DNA of 64,000 nt from a virus. The translations under genes were made by a program, and so were the position numbers. The notes below the pieces were generated by a model. The model had not been told where the DNA came from. It was given only the letters and a program-made list of their open reading frames with translations, and ran no database searches. Where the stretch lies: the IMG/VR virus record IMGVR_UViG_3300023116_000035, positions 6,303 to 70,302 of that record; one strand, 5' to 3'. Of the stretch, positions 10,601-20,177 are shown in pieces (the first letter of the stretch is position 1; each line of letters starts with the position of its first letter).

Positions 10601-11563
10601 GCTAATACGCAAATTAGTATAAATGATGACACAAATATTATTTCTGCTAATTACAATGTAAATTTGCAGGCAAATAAGATTGTTGTAAAAATTGCTGGTC
10701 TGTCTTCTAATCTTGTTGGTGTTCAGCCTTTATGGAGAGCAGATGACCCAACAACTCTTGCGGTAGTTAATCTAGAGTCTGCTTTGACAAACAGCGCAAC
10801 GACTATGACTGTTTCGAGTACTGAAGAGCCGCCTTTTGATAAGGCTGGCTATCTGGCTATTGATGATGAAATTATTAAGTATTCATCCAAGTCTGAGAAT
10901 GAGTTTGCCGGTCTAGAAAGAGGCGTTTTGGGAACAACTGCTGCTGCTCACACTCAAGACTCTGCTGTCAGAGAGGTTCGGTATTGGGATCTTAAGTATG
11001 ACAAAGCTCCTGCTTATGAGGTTAGAGATCCTTTTATTACCGGTATTCGTTTTGAGGAGCCGGATGAGATTGATGTTCTTGTTTGGAATGCAGAAAATTA
11101 TGGTGCAGAACTGGCTATCGCTGCTAATGCAAATATTGACAAGGGGACATTTGTGTTTGCTGAAGGCACCGATCCTCTGACAGAGAAGGTGGCTTTTACT
11201 GCTGTTGCTGGGACACCTGTGTTGCTTACGGAGCAGAAGTCGCAAATTAAAGAGCAAAGTGCTAATTTAAGTGAAAACATCAGGCTTTACGGTCTGAAAG
11301 AGGTTGTGATTGAAAATCCATTTATTACTGATTTTGATCACGGTCAAAAAATCGCAGACTTTATTATTTCAAAAATGAGCGACCCTGTTCCTGTTATCAA
11401 TTTAAATACTTTATTGACACCTAAAGCAACGGTTGGTGATCGGGTAAGGATTACAGAACTGGATGCTTTTGATATAATTAATGGTGACTACTGGATTGTT
11501 TCTAAGAATATTTCTTACGGCGATTCACCTAGTCAGACGTTGATGTTAAGGAAGGTGGTGTAA
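7643..11563 (+). CDS. Large minor tail/baseplate protein with PA14-like and LamG/concanavalin-like domains
   Basis: 1306 aa; 'GGVRIYLEDTLILDD...NLVAGKPYKIRIE' (PA14-like); 'WSIELYVKP...WSHVVVTYDG...YYLNG' (LamG-like); two 'RG...A..H..G/S.V' repeats. Confidence 0.7.
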   Translation: MITSDIYGNTLTSTFNSKTTSASQRLKPKVLVDWLTSRNCTTLSVSVDSNNQHSSNAQGDLGYFFAPEQAMNGYDRQSFTWAVADAKDVDGNVIKADGNWFAMPADLSDDYEFGWWSGSTSTANTEATYGGYEFVDNPTAIFTFDSRKCNLIKVVTSEYYGQVHTYRLTVRSSDAGLPDPMYSEVITIPEDSYYYEHYLPVSLGHSTIDTVEVEIISTRNPQDYGRIQEVNPVYQVDVADDITSLSIENTRDLHVTEIPIAGSGSGSVSIGLDNTSKDYNVFNSSSAYGSYMKKNIKLQSTIGWQVQKHDSLFVEKEIRANISASATTITLDNTNDLPEGGSGEEYVMIIDPDNYTREYVLVSAKTDTYTLSISQRGFNNSIARNHAVGTKVVFETYEYPEYMPTYVNDWSAQSDNMSSGASSSDWSRFASEKIITNGFFLEKVTVADAVKNLLMRTNYPQADYSSLNTFSRSALSKNAILHMNFSERAIDRSGTSIPVKNGLRARFFAMPEGRFNKVKDIIADALDKQLSQLEKALGDKAFTVPDYTVNTVDINYDINNALDLVDFSFTDAGGETIDEYYNMVFDGYYTPPDSGDQVLAVGIAHGGVRIYLEDTLILDDYRIHPVETATYTDIESEVVNLVAGKPYKIRIECFHIISTNDIDGSLNVQDSDQFSIYLQYAIGSDPLSIVPIENVYTMAAIDRIGSVDAPYTSGSTDRNKTRNNGVYLGEANVGSDGGLVSDPENYSVRFTSDTYMRLPYDLSWDLNSSGSENHTGAWSIELYVKPTSSGFGGDYAYISSFDGASPTGGFEFFNSSASNGFSIETSSGIEQVSATDPLTSWEWSHVVVTYDGTYIKYYLNGDLQDTLEVAGTISSWNNLDIGFGGRNAYYLVGTGEVSPSNLKDFFCDQFLIYNKSLSTSEVADRYTEAVMQPLTVYPFLYGNEASAKDIIEEITLADLGRFYIDETGKAKYEHFYAFFEPTIDKHANTQISINDDTNIISANYNVNLQANKIVVKIAGLSSNLVGVQPLWRADDPTTLAVVNLESALTNSATTMTVSSTEEPPFDKAGYLAIDDEIIKYSSKSENEFAGLERGVLGTTAAAHTQDSAVREVRYWDLKYDKAPAYEVRDPFITGIRFEEPDEIDVLVWNAENYGAELAIAANANIDKGTFVFAEGTDPLTEKVAFTAVAGTPVLLTEQKSQIKEQSANLSENIRLYGLKEVVIENPFITDFDHGQKIADFIISKMSDPVPVINLNTLLTPKATVGDRVRITELDAFDIINGDYWIVSKNISYGDSPSQTLMLRKVV

Positions 11564-13617
11564 TGCCAAGGTATAGGCCAGGGTACAGCAGATCTACTGT
11601 TAGTTCTAGAACTGGAGCGGTTTCAGAGACTTCTATTGTTTTTTCTAGTTCTGGTGGCCATAGTCATGACGGGCTGAATTCTAGCCTGATTGATACAACA
11701 AAATATAGCGTGTGGGATTTTCCTGTAAACACGGTGTATTCAACGACTCCTAGAGCGTCTAGGCAGAACGCTCATATTGATCAGTTTAGAAATTTTATTA
11801 CTAGTCATGTTGCTGACAATGTGCTTGGTCCTGCCGGTGTTACTTTGCGTGACAATATTATTAGTGCTAATAATATTATTGCTGGTTCTATAAATTCAAA
11901 TCTTATTGCTGCTAATACGATTGTTGCTGGTAACATTGCTGCTAATACTATTACAACAGATCTGCTTGCTACTGACGCTATAACTTCTTTAAATTATTCG
12001 TATACTAGTGGTGATTATTCTGACGCTGGTACTTTTTTTAATTTAAGCGATGGTTCTATCACTTCCGCTCAGTTTGCTATTGATTCTAGCGGGAACGCTT
12101 CTTTTGCTGGTGATATTTCTGGTGCTTCTGGTACTTTTACTGGCGATCTGAGTGGTTCTAATATTTCTGGTGGAACTATTGATATTGGTGGTTCCGATTC
12201 AACATCTTTTCATGTTGATTCTAGCGGTAATATGTGGTTGGGTGCTTCTACTTATGCGGGAGCGGCTAGCAAGTTTAGAGTTTCAAGTGCTGGTGTGCTT
12301 ACTGCTTCAAGTGCAACTATTACCGGGACTATAAATGCCACAGGTGGTTACATTGGTAACAATACCTATGGTTTCAGATTTCAGAACGTAAGCGGCAGCT
12401 ATTCTAGGCTTTATTCTCTAGATAATACTGGGTCTGCTGCATCGAGGGGAAACATTGATATCAGAAGTTATGGTGATGTTTTTATTTATTCAACACCGAC
12501 TTCGGGCGGCCATGCTAATCAGAGTTGGAAAACTTCATTAGTTGGTGAGTGGGTTCATGTTGAGAGGACAGATGGAACTACCTATAGGCACACCGCACTA
12601 CTTGGTCAATGGTATGGCGGTAATGCCGGTCCATCAATGGAGCTTAGGTATAATAACTCTACAAAAGTTTTGGCTTCAGCACAGTCAACTCATGGAACTT
12701 TAGAGTTGTGGAATTCCTCCGCGACAAGGACAATAAACATCAGCGGAAGTGGGGGTACCATTGAGGCTAGTGGATCTATTTCTGCAACTAGTGTAACGAC
12801 TAGTAGTGGTGTCACTTCGTATGGTAGATCAATTTTTAGATATGTCAACGATGTTAGTCTTTCTGGTGTTAGTGGTTCTATTATTATTGGTGGTGACGGT
12901 AGTGGTAATCATATTGCTATTGATAATAATGAAATTATGGCTAAAGCTAATGGGACAACTGCTGCGACCCTGAATTTAAACGTTGATGGCGGTGATGTTG
13001 TTCTTGGAGGTAGACTTAAGGCTCAAGAGTCTACTGGTTACAGTACGAGTTGGAGTACTCAACAAATACAATCTATTGGTAGTGGCAATGCTGGTATTGC
13101 AATTCGTGCTGGGACTAATACAGGTACTGTTCAGCTTAGAGTGGGCTATAATTACCCAGTTTTATATGTAAGAAATCATGATGATTCGGCTAATGCACCT
13201 ATTCAGGCTGGTAATATTAATGTAGAACAAATTACTAGCACAACTACTTATAATACTCCCAACGGAACAAGTGGTCGAAATGTTTTTGTGCTCTCAAGTG
13301 GGGTTTTTGGATACTATTCATCTTCAATAAAAACAAAAAAGAATATTGAACCAATTCATTATGGATTGTCTGATGTTATGGCAATTAATCCAGTTTCATT
13401 TGAATATATTAAGAATGAAGGGGAGCGTCATATTGGTATGATTGAGGAAGAATTGAGAGAAATTGTCCCTGAGGCTTGCGTCTACGACGAGGATGACCCA
13501 GATTTTATTTCATCAATTAATTATTCTCACTTGACTTCTGTGTTAATTAAAGCAATTCAAGATCTTAAGAATGAAGTTGATGAGTTAAGAAGTGAAATTT
13601 CTAACTTTTCTAATTAA
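11563..13617 (+). CDS. Tail fibre/spike with C-terminal intramolecular chaperone (Peptidase S74-like)
   Basis: 'I.AN.I.AG.I' repeats, Gly/Ser-rich shaft, 'SSIKTKKNIEPI...INPVSFEY...GMIEEEL...INYSHLTSVLIKAIQDL' chaperone signature. Confidence 0.85.
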   Translation: MPRYRPGYSRSTVSSRTGAVSETSIVFSSSGGHSHDGLNSSLIDTTKYSVWDFPVNTVYSTTPRASRQNAHIDQFRNFITSHVADNVLGPAGVTLRDNIISANNIIAGSINSNLIAANTIVAGNIAANTITTDLLATDAITSLNYSYTSGDYSDAGTFFNLSDGSITSAQFAIDSSGNASFAGDISGASGTFTGDLSGSNISGGTIDIGGSDSTSFHVDSSGNMWLGASTYAGAASKFRVSSAGVLTASSATITGTINATGGYIGNNTYGFRFQNVSGSYSRLYSLDNTGSAASRGNIDIRSYGDVFIYSTPTSGGHANQSWKTSLVGEWVHVERTDGTTYRHTALLGQWYGGNAGPSMELRYNNSTKVLASAQSTHGTLELWNSSATRTINISGSGGTIEASGSISATSVTTSSGVTSYGRSIFRYVNDVSLSGVSGSIIIGGDGSGNHIAIDNNEIMAKANGTTAATLNLNVDGGDVVLGGRLKAQESTGYSTSWSTQQIQSIGSGNAGIAIRAGTNTGTVQLRVGYNYPVLYVRNHDDSANAPIQAGNINVEQITSTTTYNTPNGTSGRNVFVLSSGVFGYYSSSIKTKKNIEPIHYGLSDVMAINPVSFEYIKNEGERHIGMIEEELREIVPEACVYDEDDPDFISSINYSHLTSVLIKAIQDLKNEVDELRSEISNFSN

Positions 13618-13640
13618 CTTTTATCATATAAAATAGTTAT

Positions 13641-13886
13641 ATGAATAAGCTTAAGTCTATAATCACCCGCATAATTGCTGTTTTTGCTGCGTCTGCTTTG
13701 AGCGTTATTGGTGCTGGCGCTATTGCTGGGATTGAGTTGTGGAAGGCGGCTATGATGGCTGGTATTGGTGGTATGGCTACTGTGGTTGAGGCACTGGCCA
13801 GAGCCTATATGGATGATGGTGTTTTGGATGAAGATGAAATAAATGCTGCTTTCCATAAGGTTGATAAAAAAGCGGCTTCTGAATAA
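13641..13886 (+). CDS. Holin-like membrane protein
   Basis: 81 aa, two hydrophobic segments, charged C-terminus. Confidence 0.55.
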   Translation: MNKLKSIITRIIAVFAASALSVIGAGAIAGIELWKAAMMAGIGGMATVVEALARAYMDDGVLDEDEINAAFHKVDKKAASE

Positions 13887-13911
13887 TTCCTAGTGTATAA
13901 TAGTAGATAGT

Positions 13912-14580
13912 ATGGCTTACGAAAACTATAGGTTTATTTCTTGGGCAAGCGGAACACCCATCACTGGTGCTCGCCTAGCTCAAATGTCCACTAATATTGA
14001 GCAAGTTAAACTTGCTACGGATGATCGCCCTCAGGGTATTATTAAGTATTCAAAACTGGCTTCTGCTGGGTCTTATTCTGCTGGCGACGTTGCTAGAAAT
14101 ACTCTTGTCAATCTTCGTGATGACACACCTTCTGGTCAGGACAATCGTGTAAGTGCAGATGCTAATCGGTATGTTCGCTTGATGGTCACTTTCCCTGGTA
14201 TCAAGATTAGTGCTAGGGGTGCTGAGGACACAAGGTATGAATTGAGCATTTATGAAGGGCTTGATACTGACCCCTCTCCTACAGAAGTTGCTAAGTATTA
14301 CCTTAACCCTCATTTGTATGCTTTTTATGATGTTGCCACGAATGGTGCATCAACAACCACTATTGATGTTAGAAGCGGTGGTAATGATGTTTATTTTGGT
14401 GCAGGCAGCTATTCTACTGTTATGGATACAAGCACAACTGGTTGGACTAATAAAAACTTTTTTGCAAGCATTAAGCGTATCGCTAATTCTGACATGACTA
14501 ACTCGCCAGGTTATACTGTAATGTCTTCTTCTGGTTCGCCTTTGGAGTTTTATGCTGAGGATATTGGAGGCACCTCTTAA
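13912..14580 (+). CDS. Probable virion protein
   Basis: N-terminal 'W.SGTPITGARLAQM..NI' resembles tail-fibre/baseplate-attachment N-termini. Confidence 0.45.
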   Translation: MAYENYRFISWASGTPITGARLAQMSTNIEQVKLATDDRPQGIIKYSKLASAGSYSAGDVARNTLVNLRDDTPSGQDNRVSADANRYVRLMVTFPGIKISARGAEDTRYELSIYEGLDTDPSPTEVAKYYLNPHLYAFYDVATNGASTTTIDVRSGGNDVYFGAGSYSTVMDTSTTGWTNKNFFASIKRIANSDMTNSPGYTVMSSSGSPLEFYAEDIGGTS

Positions 14581-14582
14581 TA

Positions 14583-15005
14583 GTGAGCCTCGCTTCTCAG
14601 CGTAAAGACATTGATTGGGTTGCTGCAAACAACTCTGGTAAGGATAACCATAATTACTCTGGTGGTAAGTACATAGATAATAAAGGTTATGTTAAAGTGT
14701 TAAACCCTTCTCATCCAAAAAACATTAAGGGTTATGTGTATGAGCATAGGGTTGTTCTTGAAAACTATCTTGGTCGCTTCCTAGAGAATTGGGAGACTGT
14801 TCATCACATTAATGAAATCAAGACGGATAATCGAGTCGAGAATCTTTTCTTGTGTACAGTTAAAGAACACAGCGCTATTCACAGAGAGGGTAAGCGTATT
14901 TCTATTGATCAGAAGAATAAGGCAAGGGAGGTTGTCAGGAAGACAAAGCCCCACTTGCATAAGCGTCAGAAGTCCTTGAGAGCACCTCGGGAAAAATTTT
15001 CCTAA
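14583..15005 (+). CDS. HNH homing endonuclease
   Basis: 'YEHRVV.E..LGR.L...ETVHHINEIKTDNRVENL...EH..IH'. Confidence 0.88.
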   Translation: MSLASQRKDIDWVAANNSGKDNHNYSGGKYIDNKGYVKVLNPSHPKNIKGYVYEHRVVLENYLGRFLENWETVHHINEIKTDNRVENLFLCTVKEHSAIHREGKRISIDQKNKAREVVRKTKPHLHKRQKSLRAPREKFS

Positions 15006-15068
15006 TCAGACACATCGCCTCTGCTGTTCTGGTAGCATTGCTATAATCCCATTAACCAGTGAGGTTTT

Positions 15069-16238
15069 ATGAAAGTATGTGGAGCAGAAGGGTGTAACCT
15101 TGAGTTCACTCCTAACTCGTCTAACCAGAAATATGCAGATTCGACTTGTCGCAAGACTTTAGATAGTCTTGGGGTTTGTAGATATCGTAAAGAGAATGGA
15201 TTGGTAGAAATGCCTGTAGATATTACATCTGGTGAAACTCCAGATTCAGATGCAGAATTACGCATCGCTTACGCTAGACTCCAGAAGGAGTACGATAAAG
15301 TTAAGAACAAAAAAGATGATCTTGTTGATGCTGTGTATCGTGCTACTTTGGAACTTGACACAACTGTCAAGGCACCAAAGGTAAAGGTTCCCCCTAAGGA
15401 TAAGCGTAAAGGTAAGACTGAAGAGGTTGCAGTTGCTGTTATTGCTGACTGGCAACTTGCTAAGGTTACTCCTGATTACAACTCAGAGGTCTGTGAGCAG
15501 CGTATTGAGCAGTATGCTCAGAAGATTATTGATTTGACTGAGATTCAGCGTGCAGATCATCCTGTAAAGAAGCTGCATGTGTGGGCTTTGGGTGATATTG
15601 TTGAAGGTGAGTTAATCTTTCCAGGTCAGTCGTTTTTGATTGATGGAGGTTTGTATCGTCAGGTTACTGTTGATGGCCCTCGTATTCTTAAGAATTTTTT
15701 AACTAAGATGCTTGAGAATTTTGATGAGGTTCATTTTACCGGTGTTATTGGTAATCATGGGGCTATTGGTGGCAGGGGTCGTAGAGATCATGATCCTGAG
15801 ACCAATGCTGACAGAATGCTGTATCGTGTAGTACAATGGATGTTTGAGAAGGAAAAACGTATAACTTTTGATATTCCTGATGGCAGGGGTGAAAAGCACT
15901 GGTTTGCTGTGCCTCAAATCGGTAATTACAAGAGTTTGCTTTGCCACGGTGATCAATTCAATGGTTTATCTTCATTCTATTCGTTCCAGAAAAAGGTGTA
16001 TGGATGGAAGGTTGGTGCTCTTGGAGAAGACTTTGATGATGTCTATCTTGGTCACTGGCACACTCCAACAAAGATGACGTTTAATACAATTCAGGTTAGA
16101 GTGTCAGGCAGTCCTGAATCTACAAACACTTATGCTATGGAAAGTCTTGCTGCTATTGGGCGACCTTCTCAGCCTTTGATGTTTGTTCACCCTGACAAGG
16201 GTATAGTCACAGCGGAATATAACTGCTGGTTAGACTAA
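15069..16238 (+). CDS. Calcineurin-like metallophosphoesterase with N-terminal Cys cluster
   Basis: Motifs ADWQ, GDIVEG, GNHG, HGD, GHWH. Confidence 0.8.
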   Translation: MKVCGAEGCNLEFTPNSSNQKYADSTCRKTLDSLGVCRYRKENGLVEMPVDITSGETPDSDAELRIAYARLQKEYDKVKNKKDDLVDAVYRATLELDTTVKAPKVKVPPKDKRKGKTEEVAVAVIADWQLAKVTPDYNSEVCEQRIEQYAQKIIDLTEIQRADHPVKKLHVWALGDIVEGELIFPGQSFLIDGGLYRQVTVDGPRILKNFLTKMLENFDEVHFTGVIGNHGAIGGRGRRDHDPETNADRMLYRVVQWMFEKEKRITFDIPDGRGEKHWFAVPQIGNYKSLLCHGDQFNGLSSFYSFQKKVYGWKVGALGEDFDDVYLGHWHTPTKMTFNTIQVRVSGSPESTNTYAMESLAAIGRPSQPLMFVHPDKGIVTAEYNCWLD

Positions 16239-16248
16239 GGAGGAAATA

Positions 16249-16446
16249 ATGATTACATTATCAGATGCAAACAAGAAGATGATCGCATCTTATGGGCGTA
16301 GCGTTATCGGCGCTGCTCTCGCTACTTACACGGCTACTAATGACTGGAAGATGGCTCTCAACTCGCTTTGGGCGGCTCTTATTCCTGTTGCTATGCGCTT
16401 TCTTAATCCCGGAGACAATGCCTTCGGTAAGAATGCTGATGCCTGA
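16249..16446 (+). CDS. Small holin-like membrane protein
   Basis: 65 aa, 'SYGRS..AAL...AALIPVAMRFLNP.D.AFG'; strong AGGAGG RBS. Confidence 0.55.
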   Translation: MITLSDANKKMIASYGRSVIGAALATYTATNDWKMALNSLWAALIPVAMRFLNPGDNAFGKNADA

Positions 16447-16502
16447 TAGGTAAAAATTCAATACTACGCCCCTTCACACAGAAAGAATGATAAAATATTC
16501 AT

Positions 16503-16697
16503 ATGGATATTAAAAGCAAAGTCCGTTTGAACTGCGTCAAGTGTGGAGGGGCTAAGTATTCTGATGATCCGTACCTCCTCAACGGTGTTATGCACACAGA
16601 TGTGATATGTCTTATGTGTGGTGACTTGAAAAGCATTGAACTTGATCGCTTTAATAAGATGGTAGTTCAGTTAAATAAAGGTTTGGGTCGCAAGTAG
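16503..16697 (+). CDS. Small zinc-ribbon protein
   Basis: CxxC...CxxC. Confidence 0.5.
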   Translation: MDIKSKVRLNCVKCGGAKYSDDPYLLNGVMHTDVICLMCGDLKSIELDRFNKMVVQLNKGLGRK

Positions 16698-17161
16698 TGC
16701 TTTCAGATAAGATTATTCAAAACAAAATTTATTTGTACAAAAACGAATACTATAAGGTGAAAAAGATTCTTCGTCAGAAGCAGTATGTCGTAATTCAGAG
16801 CATGAAAGATGGCGAGGAGATTGAGATGCCTCTTGTCGGCTCAGAAATTTTGCTGTCTAGAGCATATACGATTGGTGAAGTTGCTAAGATCGTTGAGCGC
16901 AGACCTGATACAATTAGAAAGTACGAGAGGGATGGTTTGATTCCTAAGCCTCATCCGATAGGCGCAGAGTACCCATCTTATTCAAATTGGAGAATCTACA
17001 AAAGTTCTGACATATATGAGATCGTTGAGTTTTTCTCAAACAGGACGCCAGGTCGTCCAGTTAAGCAAGCCGCAGGAAATAAACTTGTGGAAAACAAGGT
17101 AAAGCAATTAAACCAAAAGGTAAAATTAGTAAGTAGAGGTAATGCAAGTGCAAGAAGTTGA
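16697..17161 (+). CDS. MerR-type HTH DNA-binding protein
   Basis: 'YTIGEVAKIVERRPDTIRKYERDGLIP.P....NWRIY...DI'. Confidence 0.8.
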   Translation: MLSDKIIQNKIYLYKNEYYKVKKILRQKQYVVIQSMKDGEEIEMPLVGSEILLSRAYTIGEVAKIVERRPDTIRKYERDGLIPKPHPIGAEYPSYSNWRIYKSSDIYEIVEFFSNRTPGRPVKQAAGNKLVENKVKQLNQKVKLVSRGNASARS

Positions 17162-17345
17162 AATTTGGGCATCAATTGGTATCACAAAGAATCTTGGTAA
17201 TTATGAGTCTTTGAGACTTGATGCTGGTGCAAGAGTAAAGGCTTCGTCTGAAAATGACGAGCAGGCTTGGGCTGAACTGTGGAAGGCTGTTGATGAACAG
17301 ATTGAGTCTAAGCTTCGGGAGCTAGATAGCGAGAATGAAGGCTGA
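17142..17345 (+). CDS. Conserved hypothetical phage protein
   Basis: 'TKNLGNYESLRLD' motif; coupled to neighbours. Confidence 0.55.
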   Translation: MQVQEVEIWASIGITKNLGNYESLRLDAGARVKASSENDEQAWAELWKAVDEQIESKLRELDSENEG

Positions 17346-17631
17346 ATGGCAATCCCTAGCAAAATGCAAAAGGGACGATCATCCATCTAGATGGTTGTCC
17401 TCTAATATAGACCATATTAATTATGCAAAAGATGTTTGTAGGTCGTGTCAGGTCAGAATTGAATGTCTGTACTCAGCGATTTACGACAAGGAAGAATTTG
17501 TAGGTGTAAATGGTGGAATGTCAGAGATTGAGTATCTGCTTAGAACTTGGGAGCCGGTAGGAGATAATGAAGAAACTAACTGGAGAAAGTCTGATAAACT
17601 TATTCAAGACCTATTCAGAGAAATCGCATAA
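17335..17631 (+). CDS. whiB: WhiB-family transcription factor
   Basis: 'WQSLAKC...AKDVCRSCQVRIECL...GVNGG'. Confidence 0.8.
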   Translation: MKAEWQSLAKCKRDDHPSRWLSSNIDHINYAKDVCRSCQVRIECLYSAIYDKEEFVGVNGGMSEIEYLLRTWEPVGDNEETNWRKSDKLIQDLFREIA

Positions 17632-17875
17632 ACTTTTTATTCCAGATTCCCCACGACAAGAGCAAGTTGCTGATAGTCTTGCTAAGCATTACGACGGGGA
17701 ACTCTTAGAAAAGGCGGTTAAGTGGTACATTGAGAATAGGACAGGTCCATTTCTTGTATTCGAGTTTGCAGTTGAATCTAGAGAGATGGTCGAAAAGGTT
17801 AAGTATGAGAACGAGGCTAAGTCTCGCTTTCAGGATATCGTAGAAGAAACACGCAAGAGAATGGAAAATTCTTGA
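17567..17875 (+). CDS. Hypothetical protein upstream of helicase
   Basis: 102-aa ORF overlapping both neighbours. Confidence 0.55.
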   Translation: MKKLTGESLINLFKTYSEKSHKLFIPDSPRQEQVADSLAKHYDGELLEKAVKWYIENRTGPFLVFEFAVESREMVEKVKYENEAKSRFQDIVEETRKRMENS

Positions 17876-19092
17876 ACTACGAAATAAAGTTGCTCAATTC
17901 AATTATTGAGACAAACGATTATGTTGACGCTGTAAATAGCGGTGTTGAGAATGTATTTATTGAGTACAGAGATGTATGGAATTTTGTTGTCGCTCACTAT
18001 GACGATCATGGCAAGGTTCCATCTAAGGATACTGTAAAGTCTCACTTCTCTGACTTTGAGTTCTTCAACACCCCCGAACCTCTTGCTTACTATGTTGATG
18101 AAGCGAAGAAAGAATCTCTTTCTTTTCAGACTCGTCAGATAGTGGCAAAGGCTCACTCTCTTATCGGAGAGGTAGGGCCGAAAGATGCTTTGTCATATTT
18201 GATGGAGCAGACAAGCAAACTCTATAAGTACTCTAGTTCACTCAAAGATACCGATTTGGTATCAGAATGGCGTGATCGTTACGAGGATCTTAAAGAGCGT
18301 TCACTGAACCCTGACAAGCACACTGTTGGTATCCCTAGCGGTGTTGATGTCATTGATAAGACGTTTGGTGGATGGCAGGCCGGAGACTTTATTGTCTTGC
18401 TGGGCTGGACTGGTGTTGGTAAGTCATTCATTGCACGACTGTTTGCAGTCAATGCTTGGAAGGCTGGCTATCGACCTATGATTATCTCTCTTGAGATGAA
18501 TAAGAAGCAGGAGGGGCAAAGGCTTGATACTCTTCTTAATAACGGTGAAGGCCATTTTACCAACACAGACTTGATCAAAGCTAATCCTGACATTGTTGAT
18601 GGATATGAATCTTGGGCTGAGGGTACGTTCGAAGGTAAGCAACCAATCTATTTGATCACATCAGAAGGTTTGGAGACTGCTGACCAGAACATGGTTCAGG
18701 CTAAGATTGATCAGTACCAGCCTGACATGGTTATTCTTGACTATCATGGTTTGTTCGATGACGCTACTGGCGCTCGTAATGAAACCGAGAAGGCTAAGAA
18801 CTTGTCAAAGGCTTTTAAAAGAATTGCTGTGAAGAACAATGTGCCTATTATTGACGTAGCAGCAGTGACTATGGCGGAAGGTCATGGGGATAGACCACCT
18901 GAACTTGAAGAAGTTGCATGGTCGAAGCAGTTAGCATATGACGCTGACTTGGTTCTTGCTATTCATCGTGAGTTCAACTCTGATCTCTTCCAAGTGGTTT
19001 CTAGGAAGGTTCGTAGAGCAACTCATTTTGGGTTCTATTTAAGGTGGAATTTGGAAACAGGAAAGTGGGCAGAGGAATGGGACGTAGGGTAA
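17872..19092 (+). CDS. dnaB: DnaB-like replicative helicase
   Basis: Walker A GWTGVGKS, 'ISLEM', 'VILDY', 'YDADLVLAIHR'. Confidence 0.92.
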   Translation: MNYEIKLLNSIIETNDYVDAVNSGVENVFIEYRDVWNFVVAHYDDHGKVPSKDTVKSHFSDFEFFNTPEPLAYYVDEAKKESLSFQTRQIVAKAHSLIGEVGPKDALSYLMEQTSKLYKYSSSLKDTDLVSEWRDRYEDLKERSLNPDKHTVGIPSGVDVIDKTFGGWQAGDFIVLLGWTGVGKSFIARLFAVNAWKAGYRPMIISLEMNKKQEGQRLDTLLNNGEGHFTNTDLIKANPDIVDGYESWAEGTFEGKQPIYLITSEGLETADQNMVQAKIDQYQPDMVILDYHGLFDDATGARNETEKAKNLSKAFKRIAVKNNVPIIDVAAVTMAEGHGDRPPELEEVAWSKQLAYDADLVLAIHREFNSDLFQVVSRKVRRATHFGFYLRWNLETGKWAEEWDVG

Positions 19093-19274
19093 TGGATAAG
19101 CCCTTCTACACATTGGACGGTGCTGCTGCTGATATTGAAACTATCATCAGACTTCGTTCATGGATGGAAGATGAGGTGAAGAAGAAGCAAGGTGGGTTTA
19201 AGTCCACCTCTTTGATTACTGATTACGACGAAGAGACTGAAACTTTTGAATTCAAACTTCACTTCCACAGGTAA
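19092..19274 (+). CDS. Hypothetical protein
   Basis: ATG overlaps the helicase stop (TAATG). Confidence 0.5.
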   Translation: MDKPFYTLDGAAADIETIIRLRSWMEDEVKKKQGGFKSTSLITDYDEETETFEFKLHFHR

Positions 19275-20172
19275 CATACAAAAAGCGGTTCTTGAACTTT
19301 TAGATAGTCAAGGTGTAGAGGTACATACTCAGTCTGGTACTGAGGTTGCAATCTACTGTCCGTTTCACGACAATGTTCACAGCCCTGCCTGTTACATAAA
19401 TACTAAGACAGGCTTGTGGCAGTGTTTTAATCCTTCATGTGGTAAGAAGGGCAACTTCAGACAGTTGTACAAACACATGACTGGTAAAACATATGGTCGT
19501 GAGTGGATACTTGATCCTGTTAATTTGCAGAGAGAACTTGATCTAGCTCTTGTCATAAAAGATGGTACTGAAGAGTTGTCTACTGATTCGGTCCAGGTTG
19601 ATTACGAATCTGGTGAGGTTGATAACGTTCAGACTCTTGTCGATAGGGGGTACGATTTAGATATCCTTGAGTATTTTGAGATTGGGTATTCAAAAGTTAA
19701 AGACCGTGTTGTAATTCCTGTCCGTGACCCCCAGTATAAACTGGTTGGTTTGATTGGTCGTGCTATACATGACTGGCAAGAACCTAGATATCTATATAAT
19801 AAAGGTTTCAAGCGGGCAGACGTTCTATTCAACATCCAAAACGCTAAGCAATATGATAGCGTAATTATATGTGAAGGCAGTTTGGATGCTATCAAGGTTG
19901 CTCAGGCTGGCTTCAGGAATGTTGTGGCTACTCTGGGTGCTAAGGTGTCTCCGAATCAGGTCAGAATGATCAAAAAATATTTTGATGCGATCACGGTATT
20001 TTCTGACAATGATGACGCTGGTGCGGAGATGAGGCGTGCTATAATTGACGAGTGTCGTGGTAAGGAGATTTATACCGTTGCTATACCTGACGGTCTTAAA
20101 GATCCCGGCGACATGACAGACATACAAATTAAGCAAGCCATTACAAGCAAGCAATTAAACATAGGAGATTAA
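19246..20172 (+). CDS. dnaG: DNA primase (CHC2 zinc finger + TOPRIM)
   Basis: 'CPFHD...WQCF..C', 'ICEGSLDA', 'FSDNDDAG', 'KDPGD'. Confidence 0.92.
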   Translation: MNSNFTSTGNIQKAVLELLDSQGVEVHTQSGTEVAIYCPFHDNVHSPACYINTKTGLWQCFNPSCGKKGNFRQLYKHMTGKTYGREWILDPVNLQRELDLALVIKDGTEELSTDSVQVDYESGEVDNVQTLVDRGYDLDILEYFEIGYSKVKDRVVIPVRDPQYKLVGLIGRAIHDWQEPRYLYNKGFKRADVLFNIQNAKQYDSVIICEGSLDAIKVAQAGFRNVVATLGAKVSPNQVRMIKKYFDAITVFSDNDDAGAEMRRAIIDECRGKEIYTVAIPDGLKDPGDMTDIQIKQAITSKQLNIGD

Positions 20173-20177
20173 ATTAC